Origin: Alphaproteobacteria bacterium
Lineage (GTDB): Bacteria; Pseudomonadota; Alphaproteobacteria; CAAHEQ01; UBA3637
Length of the DNA: 57,211 bases
Direction: 5' to 3'
Assembly (NCBI GenBank): GCA_045611665.1
Contig: JAZKXP010000068.1
Coordinates: 1 to 57,211 of the forward strand
The position numbers and the translations under genes were made by a program. This document shows, in pieces, positions 9,022-19,100 of the stretch. Numbering within the stretch: position 1 is the stretch's first letter; every line of letters begins with the position of its first letter. A model generated the notes under the pieces. That model was not told the DNA's origin and did not search any database. It worked only from the letters and a program-made list of their open reading frames with translations.

Positions 9022-9185
9022 CGCAGATACGATTTTGCAACAATGTGCCGTCCATGTGAAATTTTATTATTATATGCGGGATTTTTATCGTTGTTCTTTA
9101 GATGAGAATATTTCTTATTGACATAAGGGGGTTCTGTTATATATAGTGATACCTGAAGAGGGTATATTATGTGGAAGGAGGTATT

Positions 9186-9467
9186 ATGCCTATAAAAGAA
9201 AATCCGTTGATTTATATGGAAAACATGCCACGATTGAATCGAATTTCTGGTCAAATTAACGGTATTAAAAAAATGATAGACGAGGGGCGTTCTTGTCAGG
9301 ATATTTTAGTCCAGTTGCGTGCCGTTGGTTCGGCGGTAAAGGCGATAGAGTCCAATTTGTTATTTGCTTATATTAATCAAGGTATTATACAATCCGGTAA
9401 AACGGAAAAAGAACGGGGGCAAACCGTGGACGAAATGAAGACGGTGTTTGATCGTTTTCGCGGATAA
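9186..9467 (+). CDS. CsoR/RcnR-family transcriptional repressor (degenerate ligand set)
   Basis: RLNRISGQINGIKKMIDEGRSCQDILVQLRAV; GGAGG RBS before ATG 9186. Confidence 0.85.
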   Translation: MPIKENPLIYMENMPRLNRISGQINGIKKMIDEGRSCQDILVQLRAVGSAVKAIESNLLFAYINQGIIQSGKTEKERGQTVDEMKTVFDRFRG

Positions 9468-9625
9468 TTCTGAACGGCTTTTGCTTGAAACCAAAAGCCG
9501 ACTTTCTTTATAATCGTTATAGTTGCTGCCACGGCAGTTATTTTTTTGTCGAAAAAGGGGACTATCACTTTTTTTTGGGCTTGACTTTCTGTTGTAAAAA
9601 TGATAAAGTACATACACCGTCTGTT

Positions 9626-9712
9626 GGAGCGTTGGCAGAGTGGTAATGCAGCGGATTGCTAATCCGTCATCCTTAACGGGATGCAGAGGTTCGAGTCCTC
9701 TACGCTCCGCCA
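9626..9712 (+). tRNA. tRNA-Ser(GCU)
   Basis: GGAGCGT acceptor strand, GCGGA-TT-GCT-AA-TCCGT anticodon arm, long variable arm, GGTTCGAGTCC, ends GCCA. Confidence 0.96.
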
Positions 9713-9721
9713 TAAGATACG

Positions 9722-9750
9722 AAGAGCCTTTTGTGGCTCTTTTTTCTTTT
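9722..9750 (+). terminator. Terminator after tRNA-Ser
   Basis: AAGAGCC-ttttgt-GGCTCTT followed by a T-run. Confidence 0.7.
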
Positions 9751-9962
9751 AAAATCAATAATTTATACGAGTTCGAGCTTGAAATCCAAAAAAAACATAT
9801 CAAAATCCAACCAGCTTGAACCATCAAAAAGAAAAACTTTTATTTTCTAAGCACTTATAAAAGTTCAAATCCTTTAGCCTTCCCAATATTCTTCCCGAAA
9901 ATTGATAATTCTTATTGTAATTTTTATGTATTTATTTTATGCTAAGAACAGTTTAAAATTTT

Positions 9963-11504
9963 ATGGGGGTATTTTGTGAAAAAAATTTTTTAGCTTCATT
10001 TTTGGTGCTTTTTTCACTGTCAACAAGAGCTGATTTTATAACAGCAGAGAAGGACTTTAATGACAGACGTTATCAAGAAGCTTTTAATGAATTTTTGTCA
10101 CTTTCAGAAACGGGTGATTTCCGAGTACAATACTACTTAGGGCACATGTATTTGACCGGTTTAGGGGTTACAAAAGATGAAAAAAAAGCATTAGAGTATA
10201 TCCAAAAATCGGCGGATCAAGGATATGATAAGGCAGAAACACTTCTGGGATTTTTGTATGATGAGGGACGATTAGTTCCACAGGATAAGAAAAAAGCTGT
10301 TTCCTATTATAAGAAAGCTGCAGACATGGGAAACACTTTTGCTTTATTAAATTTGGGAGTGGCCTATTATAAAGGTGAAGGTGTTGCAAAAAATGATCAG
10401 TTAGCCATCGAAATGTTAGAAAAGGTACCCTTGGATCAACAACCTTTAGCCGGACGTTACTTGGGTGAAATTTATTTATCAAATCCCGGTTTTCAAAACC
10501 ATTATCAAAAGGCAGAAAGTGCCTATTCATCCAGCGCAAAAAATGGGGATATTGGTTCTTTCTTTGCTTTGGGAAGAATTTATTCCAATCCTGAATCAGG
10601 TTTAATAAATGGTAAACGAGCCGTTAGTTTTTACGCTTATGCTGCATCACAAGGATATCCTCCTGCTCAATATCGGTTAGGAATGAGTTATGTTAATGGT
10701 GAAGGGGTTGAAAGGGATTTGGTTCAAGGACATGCATGGTTAGAAATGGCTGCTATTCAGAACTATGAACCAGCCATTTCAGCTTTGGCTCAATTAGATG
10801 AAGATATGACTATAAGGGAGTCTGAGAGTGCTCGAAATGAATTCAATCGCATTCAAAGAGAAGTGATTGGGAACCTTGAATCACCATTTGTGATTGAAGA
10901 ACAGAAAAGGCTCGAAATTGAAAATGAACATGTTGGATGTGGAAGACATTGTCGCCGTAAACCCATCATCTATCTTTATCCAGAAGAAATTACTGATGTG
11001 ACAGTGGCACTTGGGTATCCTGAAAATGCAACACATACATATCCAAAATACAATGAACCGTGGAAAGTTCAAGCTGAACCTAGTGGCGATTTAACGGATT
11101 TAAAAACAGGACGCCATTACTATGCGCTATATTGGGAAGGAAAAAATACTGTTTCTGTTCCTAATCCCAAAGAAGGTTTTGTGGTAGCGGGTAAAGATAC
11201 CATTTCTTTCTTGGAAGAAAAATTGGATCAATTGGGACTTACTGAACGTGAAGCCGAAGAATTTATTGTTTATTGGTTGCCCAAATTGGAAAGTGCCAAG
11301 TATAACCTCATCCGTTTTCAAACGTTGGCTGAACAAAACAAAAACATGCCACTCAATATTACACCAGCACCCAAAACGTTGATTCGTGTGATGATGGAAT
11401 ATAAAAATTTGGATAAACCGATTCAAGTTAAAGAGCAAGTTTTACCATCCAAACCACAGCGCAATGGTTTTACAGTTGTGGAATGGGGTGGAACAGAAAT
11501 ATAA
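9963..11504 (+). CDS. Sel1-like repeat protein fused to a KPIIYLYPE...VEWGG domain of unknown function
   Basis: Multiple LG.MY..G.GV..D...A..Y..KAA.QG repeats; the C-terminal ~190 aa domain begins KPIIYLYPEE and ends VVEWGGTEI; the start codon is uncertain. Confidence 0.8.
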   Translation: MGVFCEKNFLASFLVLFSLSTRADFITAEKDFNDRRYQEAFNEFLSLSETGDFRVQYYLGHMYLTGLGVTKDEKKALEYIQKSADQGYDKAETLLGFLYDEGRLVPQDKKKAVSYYKKAADMGNTFALLNLGVAYYKGEGVAKNDQLAIEMLEKVPLDQQPLAGRYLGEIYLSNPGFQNHYQKAESAYSSSAKNGDIGSFFALGRIYSNPESGLINGKRAVSFYAYAASQGYPPAQYRLGMSYVNGEGVERDLVQGHAWLEMAAIQNYEPAISALAQLDEDMTIRESESARNEFNRIQREVIGNLESPFVIEEQKRLEIENEHVGCGRHCRRKPIIYLYPEEITDVTVALGYPENATHTYPKYNEPWKVQAEPSGDLTDLKTGRHYYALYWEGKNTVSVPNPKEGFVVAGKDTISFLEEKLDQLGLTEREAEEFIVYWLPKLESAKYNLIRFQTLAEQNKNMPLNITPAPKTLIRVMMEYKNLDKPIQVKEQVLPSKPQRNGFTVVEWGGTEI

Positions 11505-11624
11505 CTTCATTCCTTCGGGAATAAAGTGGGACAAGTCAAAAAATTAAGCTAAAAACTGCAGAAATTGGCTCTAGCTTTAGACTCTACGCTCCGCCACTTA
11601 AAAAAACTATGGGATAAGTTGAGA

Positions 11625-12719
11625 TTATTTACCGGATGTTTTAACTTCATCAATAAATAAAATACTGCCTTTGGCGTATGGTATCATTAATCGTCGAACC
11701 AAACGTCCGTTTTCTAGATAAAAGAAGTCCTCAGCCGTTTTTGTAAGGCGCGCAAACAAATCTTTTTGAATTCGTTTGTATTGAGCAAAATCTTTGACTT
11801 GAGGGAGGTATCCTTTTTCTTGCATTTTATTTAAGAAATCATCATAAAGAGGTTCTTTTTTCAACCATGAGGTTTCTAATTTCCACAAATCTGAAAATGC
11901 TTTGTTATAAAAGACTAATTTTGTTCCGGCATCAAATACGCACACAGCGCAGGGAAGTTCTTTTAAAACCAATTTATGGGCTCGTTCGGCATCGCTTAAT
12001 AAAGCATTTAAACGTTCTTCCGTTGTTTTATCTTGACCATACCGTAATTTATATCCGTGGCCACTATTCGATTTAAATGGCAGAATTTCCCAATGCAGTT
12101 CCGATGAATCTTCGGTGTTGGTTGTAGCGGTATTTTCAAAAATTTTTTCACCGGCATTTTTATCGATAATGACGGGATGGGGCAGCGTGTTTAAAGCCTC
12201 CTCCAAAACACTTTTTTCATTTTGTAAGTGGCTATATTTAAGGGCGTTTTCCGAAAATTCGGCGGTTTGTTCTGAAATGTTATTAAACCACAAAATGTGT
12301 GCTTGCTGATTAGAATACGGCGTTTTTAGAGCAAAACCCCTTACCATAAAGTGCATTAAATTAAGGGAATTTTGTACGATTAACTCAAATGCTTCATCCG
12401 TTTGTAACAATGTGGTCCACGCGATGGATAATTCTTCAGCCGATTTATCCGATAAAGTACCCATCAGGGTTGCAAAGTCTGATGTTATATCCACTAAGTT
12501 TAACATTAAACATAGCCGTCTGGAACACAAACATTGCTTTTTGCTTTTTGAGGTGATTTCGTAATAAAATCCTTCAGGGGCAGACGATAAAACATCGTCT
12601 AAATGGTGAGCGCGCTCTTGTTCGATAACGGCGGCCCGTTTGTATTTTTCAACCACTAAAACAAATAAGGCGAAACCAATGATAACCAGTCCGTAAAACA
12701 AAACCAAAACCGTTTCCAT
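11625..12719 (-). CDS. Membrane-anchored PAS-domain protein, DivL-like sensor region without a kinase domain
   Basis: N-terminal TM; FYNKAFSDLWKLETSWL..EP...LPQVKDFAQYK...LENGRLVR resembles the DivL PAS region; ends without HisKA/HATPase. Confidence 0.65.
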   Translation of the reverse strand: METVLVLFYGLVIIGFALFVLVVEKYKRAAVIEQERAHHLDDVLSSAPEGFYYEITSKSKKQCLCSRRLCLMLNLVDITSDFATLMGTLSDKSAEELSIAWTTLLQTDEAFELIVQNSLNLMHFMVRGFALKTPYSNQQAHILWFNNISEQTAEFSENALKYSHLQNEKSVLEEALNTLPHPVIIDKNAGEKIFENTATTNTEDSSELHWEILPFKSNSGHGYKLRYGQDKTTEERLNALLSDAERAHKLVLKELPCAVCVFDAGTKLVFYNKAFSDLWKLETSWLKKEPLYDDFLNKMQEKGYLPQVKDFAQYKRIQKDLFARLTKTAEDFFYLENGRLVRRLMIPYAKGSILFIDEVKTSGK

Positions 12720-14230
12720 TACCCCTCCTTATGTCTGAGCGGTTTTCTAAACGATAAGGCTTCTGCTATATGTATTTTTCGCGTTGTTTCGGATTGTTCT
12801 AAGTCGGCAATTGTTCGGGCAACTCGCATAATGCGGTGATATCCCCGAGCAGATAACATTAATTCTTCTGCGGCAGAAATTAATAACGTCTTTGCGTTGT
12901 CTTCCAGACAGGCTATTTTTTCTAATACAGTTCCGTCGGCCTGAGCATTTTTACATATCGGTAACTCTTTAAATCTAGCGGCCGCAAAATCCACTGCTTT
13001 TTGTACACGGGCCCGAATAACGGCAGAGCTTTCCCCGCCCCCTTGACCTAATTCCCATGGTGCAACCGCCGGTACGTCAACATGCAAATCTATTCTGTCA
13101 AGCAGGGGGCCCGATATTTTTGATTGGTATTCTTCGGCACATCTGGGCGCTCTGGAACATTCGTGTCCTCGTACCCCCAAGTACCCACAACGGCAAGGAT
13201 TCATTGCAGCAATTAATTGAAACCTGGCCGGATATGTAATATGAACGTTTGCGCGAGCAACGGATACTTTTCCGGTTTCTAAAGGTTGGCGTAATGCCTC
13301 TAATGTCGTTCTGGCAAATTCGGGTAATTCGTCCAAAAACAAAATCCCGCCATGAGCTAAAGAAATTTCCCCCGGTCTGGCACGCAATCCTCCGCCGACT
13401 AATGCCGGTGTTGACGCAGAGTGATGAGGATCCCGAAATGGTCTGGTCGATACCAGATGACCGTCTTTCAATAATCCGGCTATGGAATGAATATTGCTGA
13501 TGTCCAAAATTTCCTGCATTGTCATTGGCGGCATAATAGAAGGTAATCGACTGGCCAACATCGATTTGCCGGATCCCGGAGGACCTATCATCAAGACATT
13601 ATGTCCGCCGGCGGCTGCAATTTCCATTGCGCGCTTAGCCGTTTCTTGACCTTTTATGTCTTTAAAATCCAATGTTGTTGAGTTTTCCGGTAAAGGATTG
13701 GCTTGCGGCGTTTGTAACAGTTGTGTTCCTTTAAAGTGATTAATTAATCCGATTAGAGAGGTTGGGGCAATAATTTTATCATTTCCGGACCAAGCGGCTT
13801 CTGCCCCTTGATCGGCCGGACAAACCAATCCCATTTGGTATCCGTTAGCGGCAATGGCAGCTGGTAAAACGCCGGAAACTGAGCGAATAGACCCATCCAG
13901 ACCTAACTCACCCATCATGACCCAATCTTCAATGGCAGTCGGCGCCAGAATACCCATGGCGGATAATAAGGCGGCAGTAATCGGCAAATCGTAGTGAGTG
14001 CCCTCTTTTATTAAATCAGCCGGTGCTAAATTCACGGTAATACGGGCCGCCGGCAGCGACAGGCCGACCGCGGTTAACGCAGCCCGTATGCGCTCTTTGC
14101 TTTCTGCAACGGCTTTATCTGCTAATCCTACAATAGAAAAAGCGGGCAGACCATCCATAATGCGAACTTCTGTCCCGACTTTTAAGACTTCTATTCCTTC
14201 AAAGGCAACAGTATATGTGCGCCCTAACAT
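12719..14230 (-). CDS. comM: YifB/ComM Mg-chelatase-like AAA+ ATPase
   Basis: VNLAPADL.KEGTHYDLP, GPPGSGKSMLA, RDPHHSAS, LFLDELPEF, AMNPCRCG. Confidence 0.95.
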   Translation of the reverse strand: MLGRTYTVAFEGIEVLKVGTEVRIMDGLPAFSIVGLADKAVAESKERIRAALTAVGLSLPAARITVNLAPADLIKEGTHYDLPITAALLSAMGILAPTAIEDWVMMGELGLDGSIRSVSGVLPAAIAANGYQMGLVCPADQGAEAAWSGNDKIIAPTSLIGLINHFKGTQLLQTPQANPLPENSTTLDFKDIKGQETAKRAMEIAAAGGHNVLMIGPPGSGKSMLASRLPSIMPPMTMQEILDISNIHSIAGLLKDGHLVSTRPFRDPHHSASTPALVGGGLRARPGEISLAHGGILFLDELPEFARTTLEALRQPLETGKVSVARANVHITYPARFQLIAAMNPCRCGYLGVRGHECSRAPRCAEEYQSKISGPLLDRIDLHVDVPAVAPWELGQGGGESSAVIRARVQKAVDFAAARFKELPICKNAQADGTVLEKIACLEDNAKTLLISAAEELMLSARGYHRIMRVARTIADLEQSETTRKIHIAEALSFRKPLRHKEG

Positions 14231-15016
14231 TTACCACCGAGGAATATTATTGTTGTTTTGCCACGTTCCGCCGACGGCATAATTAACGGTCGACATAGTG
14301 TTACCGTATGACGTTGCCGTGTTTTGCAACTGAATGTATCCTTGTGCTTCATAGGCAATCACGCAATTGACATCACCCAAAGGACATTTCACCAAATCAC
14401 GATTAATCGGGTGTTGTAAAATAACAACGGATGTTGCCTCTGTCGTATCGGACCCTTGTGTCGTCACCGGCGCAGACATTTGAAAAGGCATGCCTTGGGA
14501 GGTTACCGACAAAGCCGGTGTTTCATAAAGCATTTGTGTTTGCACCATTTGTGTCGGTATCGGCATTTGAGGTAAAGAAACCTGAATCGGCATTTGAATC
14601 GGTGTGGCAGATACAGCCATTGATTGTGCCGGCATATTCATAACATTACCGCCCAATGTGGCTGCTAAGTTTTGACCACACATAACTTGACCGCCACATC
14701 CGCCGGATTGATAAGCAATGTGTTGATGTGTTTGATAAACACCTTGAGGTTTGTTGTACGTTCCCGCAAAATACGTCGGAGCCGGTTGTAAACAGGGAGC
14801 CCCTCCGTTTGCAGCCGCTTGCTGACAAGGCGTTGTTGGAGTCGGTGCCAGTTGACTTTCCTGAGTGTTTTGGGTTGTAACCGATTGTTGCACCGCAACA
14901 CTTTCTTCGGTCTGAACCGTTACAGGACGAGATGTTTCCCGAATAATAGTGTATTCTTTTTGTGTCGGCACACAACCGGCCAACAACATCACTGAAAAAA
15001 GACCTAACCGTTTCAT
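14231..15016 (-). CDS. Putative lipoprotein, Gln/Thr/Pro-rich
   Basis: MKRLGLFSVMLLAGC lipobox; AAGGA upstream. Confidence 0.7.
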   Translation of the reverse strand: MKRLGLFSVMLLAGCVPTQKEYTIIRETSRPVTVQTEESVAVQQSVTTQNTQESQLAPTPTTPCQQAAANGGAPCLQPAPTYFAGTYNKPQGVYQTHQHIAYQSGGCGGQVMCGQNLAATLGGNVMNMPAQSMAVSATPIQMPIQVSLPQMPIPTQMVQTQMLYETPALSVTSQGMPFQMSAPVTTQGSDTTEATSVVILQHPINRDLVKCPLGDVNCVIAYEAQGYIQLQNTATSYGNTMSTVNYAVGGTWQNNNNIPRW

Positions 15017-15228
15017 GACATTTCCTTTTCTTTGTTTACTCGATAGGGACACTATAGCAAATATTTTTTCAAAAAAAAAGAAAAATTTTGTTTTTTTTGT
15101 GTTTTTTTTATCGGGGTATTTTTTTATGGATAGGATGTTTTTGTAACATATTAAAAAATATACATATTTTACAAAAAACGCCGCTCTTTTTTTTGTAAAG
15201 AGCGACGCTTAAGTGTGTTTTTAATTTT

Positions 15229-16029
15229 TTATTGAATTGGAAACACTTGTTTTAATGAAACGCGTGTGGATTTATCCAACTGTATTTCTGTTCCCAATCG
15301 AACCGGTTTGCACGGAGCTTTTTCTGTGTTTTTAACACATGTGACGGCGCCGACATAGTATGTTCCGGCCGGCAACTTTTCAATTGTGAAGTCACCGCCC
15401 TTTTTGACCGTTCCATGTTTGTTGTATTTTAAGGCGCGTTCATCTGTTTTGGAGATGCCGTTTGTTCCGGTCCAATGTTTCGTCCACCATTCTTCGGAGT
15501 ATGTTGTCTTTGGGTTGACAAAAACATCTATTTTTTCCGGGCAAACACTTCCTTTTGGTAAATCTGAACAAATATTTCCGGAAAGTGTAAGTGTGCCGGC
15601 TACATCGTAAGGGGCGTATTCTGTCGGATTAAATTGCGCTTGACGTTGCCATACCGGCGGGCATTTTACCGGACAATTTTTTTTGGTATGTTTTTGTGCC
15701 ATAGGACATTTTTTTTGACATCCGCATTTTGCTTGGCGAGCCCGAATTTGGTTGGTTAAGTAGGTGAGTTTTGCACGATGTGCGGACATGATAAGTGCTT
15801 TATTGGCTCGTTCCATTTCTATGTGATTACGTATTTGTAAATCAAGGACAAAAAAGCAAGCCATAACAATCATGCCTAAGCAAAAACTGAATAAAGATAT
15901 TTTATCTTCTCTGGGTGTTCCAACCGGAAAAAACGGCAAAGAAGTCTTTTTGGGGGCTACTTCTTTCGGGGTTGTTTCTTTTTGTGCTGTTTTTGTTTTG
16001 GGTGTTGGTGTTGTTTTTTTCTTAATCAT
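15229..16029 (-). CDS. Membrane-anchored protein with C-terminal carboxypeptidase-regulatory-like beta-sandwich
   Basis: AGGAGG RBS before ATG 16029; one TM; NPKTTYSEEWW...GDFTIEKLPAGTYYV. Confidence 0.55.
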   Translation of the reverse strand: MIKKKTTPTPKTKTAQKETTPKEVAPKKTSLPFFPVGTPREDKISLFSFCLGMIVMACFFVLDLQIRNHIEMERANKALIMSAHRAKLTYLTNQIRARQAKCGCQKKCPMAQKHTKKNCPVKCPPVWQRQAQFNPTEYAPYDVAGTLTLSGNICSDLPKGSVCPEKIDVFVNPKTTYSEEWWTKHWTGTNGISKTDERALKYNKHGTVKKGGDFTIEKLPAGTYYVGAVTCVKNTEKAPCKPVRLGTEIQLDKSTRVSLKQVFPIQ

Positions 16030-16192
16030 AAAAACCTCCTTTGAAAAAAATGTTTCTGTCGAAACTTTATACCGATGTTTAACGGTTGTCAAGTCTTCTT
16101 TGATAAAACACAACGAACAAACTTTTCGGCTTGCGATTTTTCGGGCTTTATGATATAGAAAGAATATCTTTGTATGACAACAGGAGAATAAT

Positions 16193-19100
16193 ATGTTAAA
16201 AAGTATGTTAAAAGATAAACGTTTTTTGCCGTTATTGATTCCGCATTTTTTGTCGGCTGTTAATGATGGTTTTATCCGCATTGTCTTTTTGTTTTTTGTG
16301 ACTTATAAAATGACGCAAAACAGTCCGGCACTGGTTATTTGTGCAGCATTGTTATATGCTTTATCTTTTTGTTTTGCTTCGGTTTTTGCCGGCCAAATTA
16401 CGGATAAATACTCTAAAACAAAGGTTTTGCAAGGTATTCGTATTGTTGAAATCGGTGTTATGTTGATGGCACTGGTGAGTTTGTCTTTGGATTCCAGATG
16501 GTTGTTGGTTTTTATTACTGCCTCTTTGGGATTTGTCAGTGCGTGTTTAAGGGTGGCTGATTATTCTTTGTTACCGGTATTGGTGGAAAATCCTAAGTTG
16601 AATAACGGGAATATACTGTTAAAAATGTCAACGGCAGTTGGCGGCATTTTTTCGGCTTTATTATTGACCAGTATCGTCAAATTTGACACAGCCTATTACG
16701 TGGTTTGTTCTGTTGCTTTTTTCTTGTCGGTTGTCAGTTTTTTGATTTCTTTAAGGTTGCCAAAAACGCAAGCAATAGATCCCGATTTAACGATTTTAAA
16801 ATCTCCGTTGTCTGTTTTTGGATTTGTAGCCGATAAAATAAAAAATAATTTTGATGTTTGGTCCTATTTATCCGGTGTAGCTTGGTTTTGGTTGTTGGCC
16901 TCTGTCGTTGTTGCTTTTTCGGCGGAATTCGGGCGATATGTTTTAAATGCCCGCTGGTCTGTTGTCTTATTTTTATCCGGCGTTTTTTCATTGGGATATA
17001 TCGGCGCATCTTTTTTGTATGCGCGTGTGTCTCGTAAAAATAATATGGGGGCTTGGACGGCATTTGTATCGTTGTTGATATCCTTGTTTTTGTTCGATCT
17101 GGTCGGGGCCAGCTCAGGTGTTCCGCAGACAGATAAAGCCATTACTGTTTCTCAGATGTTTACAACGGATTTAACGTATTTGCGCATTTTGTTTGATATC
17201 CTTGTGTTGGGTGGGTTGTCGGCGTTCTATATTGTTCCGTTTTATGCCTTGTTACAAATGAATGCTCCGTTTAGATATTTGGGGCGCGTTATGGCATTTT
17301 CTAACATGGTGAATGCGCTGGCTGTGTTAAGCGGATTTATTTTGGTTCTTGGATTACGCTTAATCGGATTTGAGTTGATGACGGTTGTTGCTTTGTTAGC
17401 CGTTGCCAATTTATTTATGGCGCTGTATATGATTCGGTTGATGCCACTGACTTCTCGTCGAGAATTGTTCCGTAAAGTTTTTCGTGCCGTATTTGATGCC
17501 AAAATTGAAGGGTTGGAGAACTTAGCTGTTGCCGGCCCGAGAGCATTGATTATGACGAACCATACGTCTTATTTGGATGTGTTATTAATTTCGGCTTTTG
17601 TTGATAAAAAAATCGTCTTCACGGTCAGTGATAAGTTGATGGATAAGCCAATTGTTAAGTTTATGACAAATTTGGTGGAAGTCAAACCGCTTGATCCGGT
17701 TAGTCCGTTCGCCGTTAAAGATATGGCCGAAGAATTACAACAAAATAAATTGTGTATGATTTTGACCGAAGGGTTTATTGATGGCGGTAACTCTCGCATG
17801 AAAATTTATGAAGGGCCCGCAATGATGGCGTTAAAGGGAAATGCCCCGATTTTACCAATTCGTATTGATGGTGCAAAACACGCCGTATTTTCCAGAGTAT
17901 TAGGGAAAAAAGCCGATTTCAGATGGTTCCCGAAAATTACCTTGACCATTTTGCCACCGGTTGATTTATCCGTGAAAGAGGGATTGCCGACGCGTGAGGT
18001 ACGTGAGCGGACCAGTTCTAAATTATATGATATTATGGCCGGCATGGTTTTTGATAGTTACGATAAATCACAACCGTTGTTTTCGGCGATTGCCCGCTCT
18101 ATGAAAATGGCCGGACGCTTTAAGGGGGTTGTGGAGGACACAGCCAGAAAACCGATGAAGTTTATGATGGTGTTTTTGAAATCCTTTGTGTTGGGGCGAT
18201 TATTAAATAAGGCGTTGCCGGATGAAAAATATGTGGGCTTAATGTTGCCGACGTCCGGTGCTTGTGCGTTAGCCTTTTTTGGGTTGCAAGCTTATGGCAA
18301 GGTACCGTGTATGATTAACTTTACTTCCGGACCCAAACAAGTATTGGCAACGTGTCAAACAGTTGGTTTGAAAACAATCGTCACCGCCAAAAAGGTAGTT
18401 CAATTAGCAAAATTAGATAATTTAATTGAGGAAATTAAAGCTGGCGGTGTTCGGGTTTTATATTTGGAAGAGTTAAAAGATTTATTGAAACCGGCAGATA
18501 AAGCTTTTGGTGTTTATGGGGCTTTGTGTCCGGAACGGGCTTATCAAAAAACATCCGGCGGTAAGATTACTGCCGATGATACGGCCGTTGTTTTGTTTAC
18601 TTCCGGATCTGAAGGAATGCCGAAAGCGGTGTTTTTATCTCACCGTAATATGTCGGCCAACAGTTATCAGATTTTATCTCGTTTCGATGTGTATCCGACG
18701 GACGTGTTGTTGAACTGTTTGCCTATGTTCCACTCTTTCGGATTGGGGGCCGGATTGATTTTGCCTTTGTTAGGCGGGTTAAAAACATTTTTGTATCCGA
18801 CGCCTCTGCACTATCGTATTATTCCCGAAATTTGTGCATCGACTAAAGCCACTATTTTCTTTGGAACGGATACGTTCTTGGCCGGGTATGCCAAATGCGC
18901 CAATCCGTACGATTTTAACAGCTTGCGTATTGTTGCAAGTGGTGCCGAAAAAGTTAAAGATGAAACGCGTCGTGTTTGGTCCGAAAAATTCGGTGTGCGT
19001 ATTTTTGAAGGATACGGCGCCACAGAATGTTCCCCGTTTATTGCGGTTAACAGTTTCTTACATCATTCCAAAGGGTCCGTCGGTCGTATTTTGGCCGGTA

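Larger units (their letters stand above)
9698..11596. mobile_element. Integrase-less genomic islet at tRNA-Ser bounded by 15-bp att-like direct repeats
   Basis: CTCTACGCTCCGCCA at 9698-9712 (tRNA 3' end) and again at 11582-11596. Confidence 0.7.

Noticed and set aside
9360-9827. 155-aa minus-strand ORF
   Set aside because: It is the antisense reading of tRNA-Ser (MAERRGLEPL is the typical shadow translation) and overlaps the CsoR-like gene.
16030-16281. N-terminal extension of ORF 15229..16281
   Set aside because: It overlaps the aas start on the opposite strand; a strong AGGAGG RBS supports ATG 16029.
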